Assembly: GCA_038214755.1 (NCBI GenBank) | Contig: JBBQRQ010000026.1 | Span: 1-53,007 of the forward strand | Length of the DNA: 53,007 nt | From: Verrucomicrobiota bacterium | Lineage (GTDB): Bacteria; Verrucomicrobiota; Verrucomicrobiia; Limisphaerales; CANJXF01 | Direction: 5' to 3' | Part shown: positions 29,150-39,247 of the stretch, piece by piece | Layout: each line of letters opens with the position of its first letter | How positions within the stretch are numbered: the first letter of the stretch is position 1 | Notes under the pieces: generated by a model | Databases searched by the model: none | Told to the model about the DNA's origin: nothing | Seen by the model: only the letters and a program-made list of their open reading frames with translations | Program-made: the position numbers and the translations under genes

Positions 29150-29199
29150 TCAACTTTGCAAAAGATTTCTCGCGGCGACGGCAATGCTGCGCGCGGTGG
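29150..29199 (-). pseudogene. Duplicated 3' end of the E1-beta gene
   Basis: 41-bp exact repeat 29159-29199 = 29501-29541; reads TARSIAVAARNLLQS*. Confidence 0.85.
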
Positions 29200-29237
29200 A
29201 TGGGTGAAAAAGAAATGCAACTAAATGGTTCGATGCT

Positions 29238-29428
29238 CGCCCTCACCCCGGCCCTCTCCCCCGAGGAGAGGGAGAAGTGTTGAACATCAATCGAAAATCT
29301 ACGTTGGCCGGTTTCAGTTTCCGCTTTTTCTTCATTAACGAAAAGCGGGCCAAGACAAGAAACGTTCCCATTACTCAAACGCGGCGAATACATCCCCCTC
29401 TCCTGGGGGAGAGGGCTGGGGTGAGGGC
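29238..29428. repeat. REP-like element (ccctcaccccggccctctcc family)
   Basis: gccctcaccccggccctctccc ... gggagagggctggggtgagggc. Confidence 0.8.
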
Positions 29429-29491
29429 GAACGTCATTCCCATGCGATGATTCGCCCACTGCGGCTCTGCTAATTTCCCATTTTATATTTT

Positions 29492-30469
29492 TCACTGGCT
29501 CAAAAGATTTCTCGCGGCGACGGCAATGCTGCGCGCGGTGGGGCGATGCGCCGCCCAAAGATTCGGGTGAAACGGGACCGGAGTGTCTTTGGAATTCAAT
29601 CGTTGCGGCGGCACGTCGAGCAAACCAAACGCTTCGGTCGCGACGCGCGCAATCACTTCCGCCGTCACGCCGCCCCACGGAAAAGCTTCACCGACGCACA
29701 ATAATTTTCCGGTGCGCGCGACCGACGCGATCACGGTATCGGTGTCGAGCGGTTTGACGGAACGCAAATCCACAACTTCAATCTCGGTTCCTTCGGACGC
29801 GAGTTCTTCAGCGACAGCGAGCGCTTCGTGCACCATCGCGCTGTAGGCCACAATGGTTAAATCACGACCGGCCCGAGCGATGCGCGCTTTGCCGACGGGC
29901 ATCGCTTCACTCGGCAATCTGTCGGCCTTGAGATGGTAATAAAGATATTTGTGTTCGCAAAAAATAACGGGGTCATCAATCGCGACGGCTTCGAGCAACA
30001 TGCTGTAAGCGTCTTCGACCGTGCCCGGAGTCATCACGATCAACCCCGGATAATGCGCGTAAAGCGCTTCCATATTTTGACTGTGAAAAGGGCCGCCGCC
30101 AGGAGTTCCACCCGAGGGCAAACGAATCGTAATCGGACAAGGAACATTCGTGCGCCAGAAAAGGGTCGCGGCGTTGTTGATGATTTGATTGAAACCCACG
30201 CTGGAAAAATCCGCGAATTGCATTTCAATAATCGGACGCATTCCTTCGAGGGCCGCGCCGACTGCTGCGCCTATAATAGCGTCTTCGCTAATAGGCGCGT
30301 CGATGACCCGACCGGGAAATTCTTTAGCGAGATTCTTTGTTGCCTTGAACGCGCCGCCGAACGTGCCCACATCCTGGCCGTAAATAAAAACGCGCGGATC
30401 ATCGGCCAATGCTTTCGCTTGCGCCTCCCGAATGGCTTCGAGGTAAGTGATGCTCATTTGTGTAATCAA
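29492..30469 (-). CDS. 2-oxoacid dehydrogenase E1 beta
   Basis: GQDVG-FGGAF, DAPISE, EMQFADF, HSQ, EHKYLY, DLRSVKPLD. Confidence 0.93.
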   Translation of the reverse strand: MITQMSITYLEAIREAQAKALADDPRVFIYGQDVGTFGGAFKATKNLAKEFPGRVIDAPISEDAIIGAAVGAALEGMRPIIEMQFADFSSVGFNQIINNAATLFWRTNVPCPITIRLPSGGTPGGGPFHSQNMEALYAHYPGLIVMTPGTVEDAYSMLLEAVAIDDPVIFCEHKYLYYHLKADRLPSEAMPVGKARIARAGRDLTIVAYSAMVHEALAVAEELASEGTEIEVVDLRSVKPLDTDTVIASVARTGKLLCVGEAFPWGGVTAEVIARVATEAFGLLDVPPQRLNSKDTPVPFHPNLWAAHRPTARSIAVAARNLLSQ

Positions 30470-31497
30470 ACCCCGCTGTAAAGTTCTGTCAGATGCGACG
30501 ATGAAATCGCCTGCCAGTTTTCTTTGAAGGGATCGGGCGCCGCTTCCCGCTGAACAATGGCAACGGCCTCTTCAATTTTTAGCTGCGCTTCGCGTCGCCA
30601 GCGTTCGATGGTTTCTGCGTCCGACCAGTTTTGTTCGAGTAAATATTCTTCGGCAACTTTCAGGCAATCGCGACCACAAGGTGATTGCTTCAATCTTACA
30701 TCGACGTATTCAGCGATGTCGTGTTCGCCGTGTCCGCAGAGACGCAGCAACTTCGCCACGATCAATTGCGGACCTCCGCCATTGCGCGCTTTTTTCACCG
30801 CACCGCCAATCACGTTCAGGCACGCCGCAAGATCAGTCCCATCCATTTCGTCACCTTCAACGCCGTAGCCGATTGCTTTATCCAACAATTTTTCGCAGGC
30901 AAATTGTCGGGAGCTTGGCGTGGAGTAGGCGTATTGGTTGTTGGCCACGATCAAAACGAGTGGAAGTTTTTCGACGGCGGCCTGGTTTAATCCCTCGTGA
31001 AATGCGCCGGTGGAGGTTCCGCCTTCGCCCAGGCAGGTCGCGCCAATGCCGTCGCGCTTTTGAAATCGCCGCGCCAAAAGCATTCCGTTGACGACCGGAA
31101 TCATCGCGCCGAGATGACTGATCATCGGCAATAAATTTTCTTTCGGACGACCGCGATGCACATTGCCGTCGCGACCGCGCATCGGGCCAAGCGCCGAACC
31201 AAGATAGGTTCGTACGGCGTCAAGGATCGGTTCGCCAAAAGCGAGTCGGCCGGCCAAATCACGAATGAGCGGGGCAAAAATATCTCCTTTGCGCAGGGAG
31301 AGTCCGAGGGCGACGCTGACGGCTTCCTGTCCGCGACCGAGAAAAACTCCGCCTTGAATTTTTCCACCGCGATAAAGGCTGGCGAATTTTTCATCAAGCA
31401 GTCGCGCCAGCAGCATCCAGCGAAAAGCAGTTTGGAATTGTTCGGGCGCGGTGGAAATTTTCGCAGATACTTCAGGGCTGGCAAGGGTTTGAAGCAT
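30466..31497 (-). CDS. 2-oxoacid dehydrogenase E1 alpha (TPP-dependent)
   Basis: GQEA, GEGGTSTG...NNQYAYST TPP motif, RLCGHGEHD. Confidence 0.92.
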   Translation of the reverse strand: MLQTLASPEVSAKISTAPEQFQTAFRWMLLARLLDEKFASLYRGGKIQGGVFLGRGQEAVSVALGLSLRKGDIFAPLIRDLAGRLAFGEPILDAVRTYLGSALGPMRGRDGNVHRGRPKENLLPMISHLGAMIPVVNGMLLARRFQKRDGIGATCLGEGGTSTGAFHEGLNQAAVEKLPLVLIVANNQYAYSTPSSRQFACEKLLDKAIGYGVEGDEMDGTDLAACLNVIGGAVKKARNGGGPQLIVAKLLRLCGHGEHDIAEYVDVRLKQSPCGRDCLKVAEEYLLEQNWSDAETIERWRREAQLKIEEAVAIVQREAAPDPFKENWQAISSSHLTELYSGV

Positions 31498-31566
31498 GGG
31501 AAAAAGTTATGCGGATTTTGCGATTGGGCGCAAATACTTCTTTCAACGCGGATTTTGCGCGAGAGT

Positions 31567-31675
31567 CGTAGCGCAGGTTTTTAACCTGCCGTATCGCGGG
31601 TTGCAACCCGCTTGATATCGCGACGCCCTGCCGGTTGCAAACCGGCGATACAGCAGCTTGCAAAGCTGCGCTACG
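31567..31675. repeat. Multi-hairpin REP-like element, inverted copy of 13278-13387
   Basis: Near-identical by eye alignment. Confidence 0.85.
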
Positions 31676-31708
31676 TCGAATGCGATACGTCGAATGCAAA
31701 ATCCGTCT

Positions 31709-31996
31709 TCAATGTCCCGCGCGAATCGTCACGTCGCCCTCTTTGATTTTCACCACGCAAGTGAGCCGATATTTTTCCGGGTCTTTGTTCCACGAATCCA
31801 ACACATCGAGTTCCTCATCTGAGGCAGGTTCGAGGTTCTCCATGCCGCTGACCACCTCGACCGCGCAAGTGCCGCAGGAGCAATTGAAACAGCCGGCCTC
31901 CATCTCGACGCCCGCTTTTTCACCGGCCTCGAGGAGCGTTTCACCGGGCGGCACTTCCGCGGTAAGGTTGGCGGGGAGAACGGTCACTTTCGGCAT
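31709..31996 (-). CDS. 2Fe-2S ferredoxin
   Basis: GETLLEA, CFNCSCGTC, RLTC. Confidence 0.9.
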   Translation of the reverse strand: MPKVTVLPANLTAEVPPGETLLEAGEKAGVEMEAGCFNCSCGTCAVEVVSGMENLEPASDEELDVLDSWNKDPEKYRLTCVVKIKEGDVTIRAGH

Positions 31997-32333
31997 GACC
32001 AAAAAATATTTCAATTCGGGCAAGTAGCAATCTCAATCGATTTTCGCGAGTTGAAGAGGCGCAAGAGAAGGAAAAAAAGGAGCGCAGCAAACTTCAATTC
32101 CAAATTTGTAGTTTCCATCATTTCGCTTGGAGTTGCGGCATCCGCGGAAAAGAAAGCACGTCATTCTTGTTCCAAATCGAGGCACTGCCTGTCCACGCTT
32201 GGGTTGATTCATCGAACCTCTTCCAACCGATGAAATCAACGCGCGAAATCGCTCTTCCAAAGCCCATGACTTTTTTTAGCTGGCACGCCTCTTGCGACGC
32301 ACCGGCGGAAAGAATTTTCCACAAAAAATTTTT

Positions 32334-32609
32334 ATGAAGTTTTCTCTTGAAATCGGCGAAGCGGAAAAGCACACGGTGCAATACGAATTCAACCAGCTTT
32401 TCGGAACCTTGACGATCAAAGTGAACAACGAGCCGGTCAAAAGGCAGCGCCGCCTTTTTGATGAGCCGCTCAAGGAACTCCATACGTTCGCCGTCGGTTT
32501 GCAGGAAAAACTGGCAGTCAAAATTGAAAAGGAACGGAAGCTTTTATTCGGACAAAAGAACCGGGTCTTTGTCAACGACCGGCTGGTCAAATATTACGAA
32601 GGAGTTTAG
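32334..32609 (+). CDS. Hypothetical beta-rich protein
   Basis: 91-aa ORF from ATG 32334. Confidence 0.7.
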   Translation: MKFSLEIGEAEKHTVQYEFNQLFGTLTIKVNNEPVKRQRRLFDEPLKELHTFAVGLQEKLAVKIEKERKLLFGQKNRVFVNDRLVKYYEGV

Positions 32610-32751
32610 GTGAATCGAGGTGATTTTGGGGTGACTGATTCCGCATCCGCTAGAGAAAAATTTTCGTAAAGGAAACCTTTTTTAAAAATGTGAGGTTGAA
32701 GTAACTTGCTAAAATTCCGAAATCATCTGATGTTCGCGTAGAAACTCATTT

Positions 32752-33591
32752 ATGAATTCTCGTAAACCATCAATTCCCTTTTTGGCATTCACCTTGATCG
32801 AACTTCTGGTGGTGATCGCGATCATTGCCATCCTTGCTGCGCTGCTTTTACCTGCGCTTGCCAAGGCAAAACAAAAGGCGCAACGAGTTCAATGCATTAA
32901 CGATCTTCGCCAAGTGGCCTATGCCTGGACGATGTATTCGGGCGACAATAACAATAAAATCGCGCGGTCTTATCCTATCTATGGCGGTAACCTAAATACC
33001 TGGTGCGCAGGCAACGCGGTTACCGGGGGCGCGGTGGGCTTGTACGGTTATGGCGGCGCCGATCCAGCGGGAATCACCAATGGAACACTCTGGCCTTATA
33101 CGAAATCCTTGGGCATTTATCATTGCCCAGCCGACAATCGCGTCTCGCTTTCCCCAAATCCTTTTCCAGGAAAACCAATTCTCCGAACCATTTCAATGAA
33201 TTGTTATCTGGCGGGTCGCAATTATGGAACAGCGGGGAGTTGGGATGTGGTTAATGGAGGAACACAGGATCCGCTGAAACCCGTCTATCTCAAGGAGTCC
33301 CAGATAACCAAACCCACTTTGACCTGGCTCGTCGTCGATGAGGACCCTGCTAGTATTAACGATGCGATGCTACTGGTGGACATGGGCAGCGGCAATGGAA
33401 TGGTTGACCTTCCGTCCCGTCTTCATGGCAATGCTTATGGAATAAATTATTGCGATGGCCATGCGGAAGTTTCCAAATTAATGGATCCGTTGAGTATCAG
33501 CTGGACACCCGGGGGAGTCCATAAACCGAATAGAGATTGGGGCGATGCAAATAATCGGCGCTGCCTGACCAACATTACGACACATCCTTAG
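32752..33591 (+). CDS. Prepilin-type N-terminal cleavage/methylation, H-X9-DG (DUF1559-like) protein
   Basis: [44 protein letters not shown]. Confidence 0.92.
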   Translation: MNSRKPSIPFLAFTLIELLVVIAIIAILAALLLPALAKAKQKAQRVQCINDLRQVAYAWTMYSGDNNNKIARSYPIYGGNLNTWCAGNAVTGGAVGLYGYGGADPAGITNGTLWPYTKSLGIYHCPADNRVSLSPNPFPGKPILRTISMNCYLAGRNYGTAGSWDVVNGGTQDPLKPVYLKESQITKPTLTWLVVDEDPASINDAMLLVDMGSGNGMVDLPSRLHGNAYGINYCDGHAEVSKLMDPLSISWTPGGVHKPNRDWGDANNRRCLTNITTHP

Positions 33592-33712
33592 GCCGTTGTC
33601 GGCGCTTTTTCTCCGTAAGAAGTACGGAGCGAAGTAGGAGCCGAGGCCAAATACCTCCCTAGTGAAGTATAGGTGACGTTCGTCGGCAAGGTATTAAGCC
33701 CTTCTGGCATCA

Positions 33713-35776
33713 GTGCTGCTGGCATCGGCGCTAGTGTTTAAAGTGATTCAGAAACGGGAATGGTCGAGAGTGACGCGACTGAGTGAAGGTCTGCGCAGTT
33801 CGGAGACCCGATTACAGCAGATTTTGGAATCCATTTCCGAAGAGGTGATCGTGGTGGATGCGGAAGGGAAAATCACCCTGTGGAACCAGCCCGCCTCCAA
33901 AAGCTGGCTGCGCCCCCAAAGTGAAACCTTAGGACAAAACTTCTTCGATGTCCTCCCGGAACTTACCTCTGCCTCGTTCAAGTCGGCCATTGATCGCGCG
34001 GTGCAGGACAGCCGTGACACTGTCCTGGAAAATTTTCCAGTGACGAGAGCCGGCGCCGAATATTCGTATGAAGTGCGCGTGTTTCCATTCGAGGGCGGCG
34101 CCAGCGTTTTTTTAAACGACATAACCGCTCGGCGCAAAGCAGAAGCCTCTCACACCAAACTGACGGAAATCCTCGAAGCCACCACCGATTTTGTGGCCTA
34201 CGCGGATGCGGAGGGGCGTGTGACTTACCTCAATCAGGCCTTCCGAAAAATGGTGGGAATCGCCGACAGCGAGAATATTTTTCAACTCCGTCTCCGTGAC
34301 TTTCATCCCAAGTGGCCGGAAAGCCTCGCGTTGAATGAGGCCAAGACCACGATCAGCGGGGACCGGGTTTGGTCAGGAGAAGCCGTCTTGCTCACTCGGA
34401 AAAAAATCGAGATCCCTTTGTCCCAAGTCATTCTTTTGCACAACGGCCCGAACGGCGCCATCACCCACATCTCCAGTGTCGGACGGGATATCAGTTCAGC
34501 CAAGCGCGCCGAAAAACGCGGATGGCAATTTGCGCAGGAGTTGCGCACCTCGCAGGAGAAATTTGAGACGCTGGTCAATTCAGTGGACGGAATCGTTTGG
34601 GAAGCGATGGCAGAAGGGGACGTGTTCACCTTCGTCAGTCAACGGGCCGAACATATTCTCGGCTACCCCTGCCAGCAATGGTTGAAGGTCCCAGGATTTT
34701 GGGTCGCGAATCTTCATCCGGAGGATCGCGCCTGGGTGGCCAAGCATCGGGAACGAGAGACGGCCAAGGGAAAAAATTACATTTTCGAGTACCGAATGAT
34801 TGCGGCGGGTGGAGACACCGTCTGGGTGCGCGACTATACCAACGTGATTGCCGAGGAGGGCAGACCAACTTTGTTACGCGGCATTTTGATCGATATCAGC
34901 GTCCAGAAAAAAGCCGACATGGAATTGGAACGGTTAAATAAGGAACTGGTGGAAACCTCTCGCATGGCAGGAATGGCCGAAGTCGCCACTGGCGTTTTGC
35001 ATAACGTCGGCAATGTGCTCAACAGCGTGAATGTCACGGCTACGTTGCTGCGAGAAAACCTTCGCAGTTCCGAGATCACCAGCTTGATCAAGGTGGCCGA
35101 CCTTTTCCAAAAACATGAACACGATCTGGGACAATATCTGACGGCGGATGCCAAGGGAAAACTGGTTCCAGGTTTTGTCATTCAACTCGCGCAGCATTTG
35201 AACCAGGACCATACGGAATTGCAGAAGGAATGCGATCAACTGGCGACGAACATCGAGCACATCAAAGAAATCGTCTCCATGCAACAGAGCTACGCGCGGG
35301 TTTCTGGTTGCATGGAGACTGTCTCCATCGCCGCCCTGGTGGAGAACGCCCTGCAAATTAACGCCGAGAGTTTTGTCCGCCACCAGGTCGAGGTCATTCG
35401 CGAATATTCGGAGGTGCCTCCAGTGATCGTGGATAAACATAAAGTTTTACAAATCCTGATCAACATCGTGAATAACGCCAAATACGCGTTGGATCACGCC
35501 GGGCGGAATGACAAGAAACTTTCCGTCAGCATCGGTTTGACGGAAGGCAAAAAGGTTAAGATCACCATTAAAGATAATGGTTTGGGAATTCAGCCCGAGA
35601 ATCTCACGAAAATATTCTCGCACGGTTTTACCACGAAGCAGGATGGGCATGGGTTTGGCCTGCACAGCGGCGCCAATGCGGCCAAGGAAATGGGCGGGAT
35701 GCTCGCAGCTCGCAGTGAGGGACTGGGAAAAGGAGCCGCCTTTATTCTCGAACTCCCTATCACCAACCAAAAATAA
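33713..35776 (+). CDS. PAS-domain sensor histidine kinase (possibly 5'-truncated)
   Basis: 3 PAS domains, GMAEVATGVLHNVGN, DNGLG, FTTK, GHGFGL. Confidence 0.88.
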   Translation: MLLASALVFKVIQKREWSRVTRLSEGLRSSETRLQQILESISEEVIVVDAEGKITLWNQPASKSWLRPQSETLGQNFFDVLPELTSASFKSAIDRAVQDSRDTVLENFPVTRAGAEYSYEVRVFPFEGGASVFLNDITARRKAEASHTKLTEILEATTDFVAYADAEGRVTYLNQAFRKMVGIADSENIFQLRLRDFHPKWPESLALNEAKTTISGDRVWSGEAVLLTRKKIEIPLSQVILLHNGPNGAITHISSVGRDISSAKRAEKRGWQFAQELRTSQEKFETLVNSVDGIVWEAMAEGDVFTFVSQRAEHILGYPCQQWLKVPGFWVANLHPEDRAWVAKHRERETAKGKNYIFEYRMIAAGGDTVWVRDYTNVIAEEGRPTLLRGILIDISVQKKADMELERLNKELVETSRMAGMAEVATGVLHNVGNVLNSVNVTATLLRENLRSSEITSLIKVADLFQKHEHDLGQYLTADAKGKLVPGFVIQLAQHLNQDHTELQKECDQLATNIEHIKEIVSMQQSYARVSGCMETVSIAALVENALQINAESFVRHQVEVIREYSEVPPVIVDKHKVLQILINIVNNAKYALDHAGRNDKKLSVSIGLTEGKKVKITIKDNGLGIQPENLTKIFSHGFTTKQDGHGFGLHSGANAAKEMGGMLAARSEGLGKGAAFILELPITNQK

Positions 35777-35780
35777 TCCA

Positions 35781-37928
35781 ATGACTCCTACTTCTACTGA
35801 GGTCAGAAATAATCGCATTCTGGTCATCGACGACAATGTGTCGATCCACGAGGACATCCGCAAAATTTTGGGCGTGCGCAAAGAGCAAAACGGCACGATG
35901 GCCGACGCCAAAGCGATGCTCTTCGACGAGGAATCTTTGGAGTCCGAGCGGATCGAATTTCAAATCGACTCGGCCCTTCAAGGCGAAGAAGGTTTGAACA
36001 AAGTGCGGCAGCAAGCCGAAGCGGGTTGTCCCTATGCTGTCGCTTTCGTCGATGTTCGCATGCCGCCTGGATGGGACGGTGTGGAAACCATCACCCGGAT
36101 TTGGAAAGAATTTCCCGAATTACAAATCGTCCTTTGCACCGCCTACACCGACTACTCCTGGGACGAAATGATCGGGCAGTTAGGCAGGTCGGATAGTCTG
36201 GTCATTCTCAAAAAACCCTTCGACACGATTGAGGTCCTTCAGTTGGCCTATGCTCTGACCCACAAATGGGTTTTGAATCATCAACTCAAACAACAACTCA
36301 ATGACCTGGACAAACTTGTCGCTCAGCGCACCACTGAATTGCAATCCGCCCACGACAAGCTCAAGAGCGAGTTCGCGGATCGAATGCAGATCGAGAAAGC
36401 CTTGCGCCTTTCTGAAGAACGTTTTTCCAAAGCGTTTCGCGCCAGCCCAATTCCCCTCGCCATTCAGTCGCTCAAGGCTCAAATCTACGTTGACGCCAAT
36501 GATGGGTTCCAACAAATCACCGGTTTCACCCGCGAAGAATTAATTGGCAGGACTCCGATGGAAATGAATCTTTGGGAAGATGCCAACGAAGCCAGCGAAA
36601 TCCTTCTCAACATCCGCAGCAGGGTGCCCATCCGCAATCGACGGGCGCGGTTGCGAACCAAGACGGGCGAAATTCGAGAGACTCTTTTGTCGGTGGAAAT
36701 ATTTGAATTGGACAACGAACCTTTCGTTTTGACCAACGTCCAGGACATCACCGAGCAGATCAAGTTGGAGTACGAACTTCGGCAATCCCAGAAGATGGAA
36801 GCCATCGGGCAATTAGCGGCCGGTGTGGCCCATGATTTCAACAACGTTCTCACCGTCATCCAGGGACACGCTTGTCTTCTCCTGGGCAACCAGTTGCCGG
36901 AGTCGCCCGGTCACAAATCTCTTGAAACCATTTCCGCCGCCGCAGAACGCGCCAGCAAACTCGTTCGGCAATTGTTGACCTTCAGCCGAAAACAGTTTCT
37001 CCAAATCCGCACCATGAATATTCGGGAAACCATTGAATCGGTTTCCGAGATGTTCCCCCGCGTGTTGGGAGAACATATCCAGGTGAATGTCGTCACCGCG
37101 CCCGACCTCCCGCTGATCGAAGCGGATGCAGGCATGATCGAACAAATCCTGATGAACCTGGCGGTCAACGGACGCGACGCCATGCCGCAGGGCGGGACGT
37201 TGACCATCCAGGCCGACACCGTGGTGATCAGTCCCGAGGCCGCCCGCGGCCATCCGGAATCGCGCGCCGGCCGATTCCTTTGTCTGTTGGTCAGCGATAC
37301 CGGTTGCGGAATATCTCCCGAAGTACTGCTGAGAATTTTTGAGCCTTTCTTCACCACCAAGCCGGTGGGTCAGGGCACCGGCCTCGGTCTCGCCACCGTT
37401 TATGGCGTAACGAAACGACATAAAGGATGGGTCGAAGTTCAAAGCCAGCTCGGTCAGGGGACGACCTTTAAAGTTTTTATTCCCGCCAGCGAAAAAGTTT
37501 TAGATAAGGAAGAGACCAGGTTTTTGCACAACAAAAAATCCACTGGAAAAGATGGCGACGAAACTATCCTGGTGGTGGAGGATGAAGATGCCCTCCGCGA
37601 ATTAGTCGTCGAGGTCTTGAAGCCGCACGGTTACAAAGTCATCTCCGCCTGCTCAGGGGTCAACGCGCTCGAGCAGTGGAGCCAGCGAAAAGAAAAAATT
37701 CATTTGTTGATCACAGATCTGGTGATGCCCGGAGGCGTCATGGGCCGCGATCTGGGAGAGCAATTGTTCGCCGACGATCCCGAATTGAAAGTCATTTACA
37801 CCAGTGGCTATAGTCCCGGCCTGGCCGGCAAAGACATGGCGCTGCTGGAAGGAAAAAACTTTTTGGCCAAACCTTATCCACCGGTCAGGCTGCTTAAGGC
37901 GGTGCGCGATTGTCTGGACTGCGTCTAA
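35781..37928 (+). CDS. Hybrid kinase REC-PAS-HisKA-HATPase-REC
   Basis: ILVIDD, DVRMPPGWDG, QSQKMEAIGQLAAGVAHDFNN, FFTTKPVGQGTGLGL, ILVVEDE. Confidence 0.93.
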   Translation: MTPTSTEVRNNRILVIDDNVSIHEDIRKILGVRKEQNGTMADAKAMLFDEESLESERIEFQIDSALQGEEGLNKVRQQAEAGCPYAVAFVDVRMPPGWDGVETITRIWKEFPELQIVLCTAYTDYSWDEMIGQLGRSDSLVILKKPFDTIEVLQLAYALTHKWVLNHQLKQQLNDLDKLVAQRTTELQSAHDKLKSEFADRMQIEKALRLSEERFSKAFRASPIPLAIQSLKAQIYVDANDGFQQITGFTREELIGRTPMEMNLWEDANEASEILLNIRSRVPIRNRRARLRTKTGEIRETLLSVEIFELDNEPFVLTNVQDITEQIKLEYELRQSQKMEAIGQLAAGVAHDFNNVLTVIQGHACLLLGNQLPESPGHKSLETISAAAERASKLVRQLLTFSRKQFLQIRTMNIRETIESVSEMFPRVLGEHIQVNVVTAPDLPLIEADAGMIEQILMNLAVNGRDAMPQGGTLTIQADTVVISPEAARGHPESRAGRFLCLLVSDTGCGISPEVLLRIFEPFFTTKPVGQGTGLGLATVYGVTKRHKGWVEVQSQLGQGTTFKVFIPASEKVLDKEETRFLHNKKSTGKDGDETILVVEDEDALRELVVEVLKPHGYKVISACSGVNALEQWSQRKEKIHLLITDLVMPGGVMGRDLGEQLFADDPELKVIYTSGYSPGLAGKDMALLEGKNFLAKPYPPVRLLKAVRDCLDCV

Positions 37929-38091
37929 TATCAAGGGACGCTCTCGTAGGGCAGGCTTTCCAGCCTGCCGGTTTGGGGGACTTTCCAGTCCCCCGAAAAC
38001 AAACAAAAAAAATCCATCGACAGATTCACCAAACTGAAAAGTTTTCGCCCCCCGCACGATGGAAACTCTGCCCTGCATAAAATTGAAAAAA

Positions 38092-38166
38092 TGGTGCGCG
38101 CTGCAGGTTTCGAACCTGCGACCCCTACCGTGTGAAGGTAATGCTCTACCACTGAGCTAAGCGCGC
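38092..38166 (-). tRNA. tRNA-Val(CAC)
   Basis: GCGCGCT acceptor, TTACC-TTCACAC-GGTAG anticodon arm, GGTTCGAAACC, ACCA. Confidence 0.95.
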
Positions 38167-38290
38167 GGGATGGTTGGCCCAATCACTCCCGCAAAAATAG
38201 AAGTCGTTTCATGAGATGGCAAGATTTTTTGCTGCGATGGGACGTGCGCGGCTGTGATTAAAAGTGGGTGAGGTTGGAACCGAACTTATT

Positions 38291-38415
38291 TTGGACTGCG
38301 GGGACACGTCCCCGCTTTGGCTGCACGGTGGAAAAGCCGGAAAGGTTCTTCATTTTGCGCGCTTGCTCCATCGTGGAACGTGCAGGAAAAGCAGCGTCAT
38401 GCCGCCGCAGTCCAA
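38291..38415. repeat. REP-like palindrome (ttggactgcgg...ccgcagtccaa)
   Basis: 11-bp terminal IR; related degenerate element at 18276-18373. Confidence 0.65.
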
Positions 38416-38732
38416 GAAACCAAATCCAGCCTCACCCGCTTTTAATCACACCCGGCGTGCGCGGGAGTGCGCCGTAGCGCTGGTATCCACACCTGCCGTA
38501 TCCCAGTGCTTCCAGCCTGCGGAAAGCCAACACATCTCGCGAATCGCAAAATCTTCCGCCGCTTCCGCCGATTGGAAATCGGTGATACAGCAGGACGAAG
38601 TTGAAACGCTCGGCCTAATGTCCCCAGGCACATTACTGAATGAAACACAGGGAAATTTATGACAACGAATTCAGGAGGCCGTCTCTTGTTAAACGGGTGG
38701 CCGTCTCTAGCTTTGGGACGAAAGGAAAACCT

Positions 38733-38996
38733 ATGTCAATACTCGTAACATTATTAATCGGTTTAGTGGTAGGCATCGTGGCAAAGCTACTCATGCCGGG
38801 AAAAGATCCCGGAGGTTTCATCATCACTGCCCTTCTTGGTGTAGCAGGCGCCTTTGTCGCTCACTGGATCGGACGGGGCCTGGGGTGGTATTCTGATGGC
38901 GCGCCTGCGGGTTTCTTAGCGTCGGTAGGAGGGGCGGTCCTATTGCTCCTGGTCTATCGCTTGATTGCGCGGCGCAAAGGATCTACCACTCGATAA
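38733..38996 (+). CDS. GlsB/YeaQ/YmgE (transglycosylase-associated) membrane protein
   Basis: IGLVVGIVAKLLMPGKDPGGFI..LLGVAGAFV...SVGGAVLLL. Confidence 0.92.
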   Translation: MSILVTLLIGLVVGIVAKLLMPGKDPGGFIITALLGVAGAFVAHWIGRGLGWYSDGAPAGFLASVGGAVLLLLVYRLIARRKGSTTR

Positions 38997-39247
38997 GAAT
39001 ACTGGATTGATCAGAAAATATTAGCTCCGCATCCGTTTCGTATTTTATGGTATGAGCGGGTACGGAGCTTTTTCAATAAAGGCTTTTCCGGCGTTAACCA
39101 ATAGCACGCTGATCAACTTTTGAAAGGGTTTCGACCCGCAATTGATAGTAGAGAACCCGTCATAGTGAATCAGAAAAAACTTCACGAGAACTTGCTTGAC
39201 GGCGCATCGGCGTCATCATAATTCTATCTCAGCCAAAGGAAATAATT

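Noticed and set aside
38092..38166. tRNA-Val (or tRNA-Ser) as an att site of an integrated island
   Set aside because: I found no duplicated tRNA 3' end and no integrase within the window.
39196..39222. Sigma70 promoter TTGACG...CATAAT
   Set aside because: The spacer is only 15 bp, too weak to call from sequence alone.
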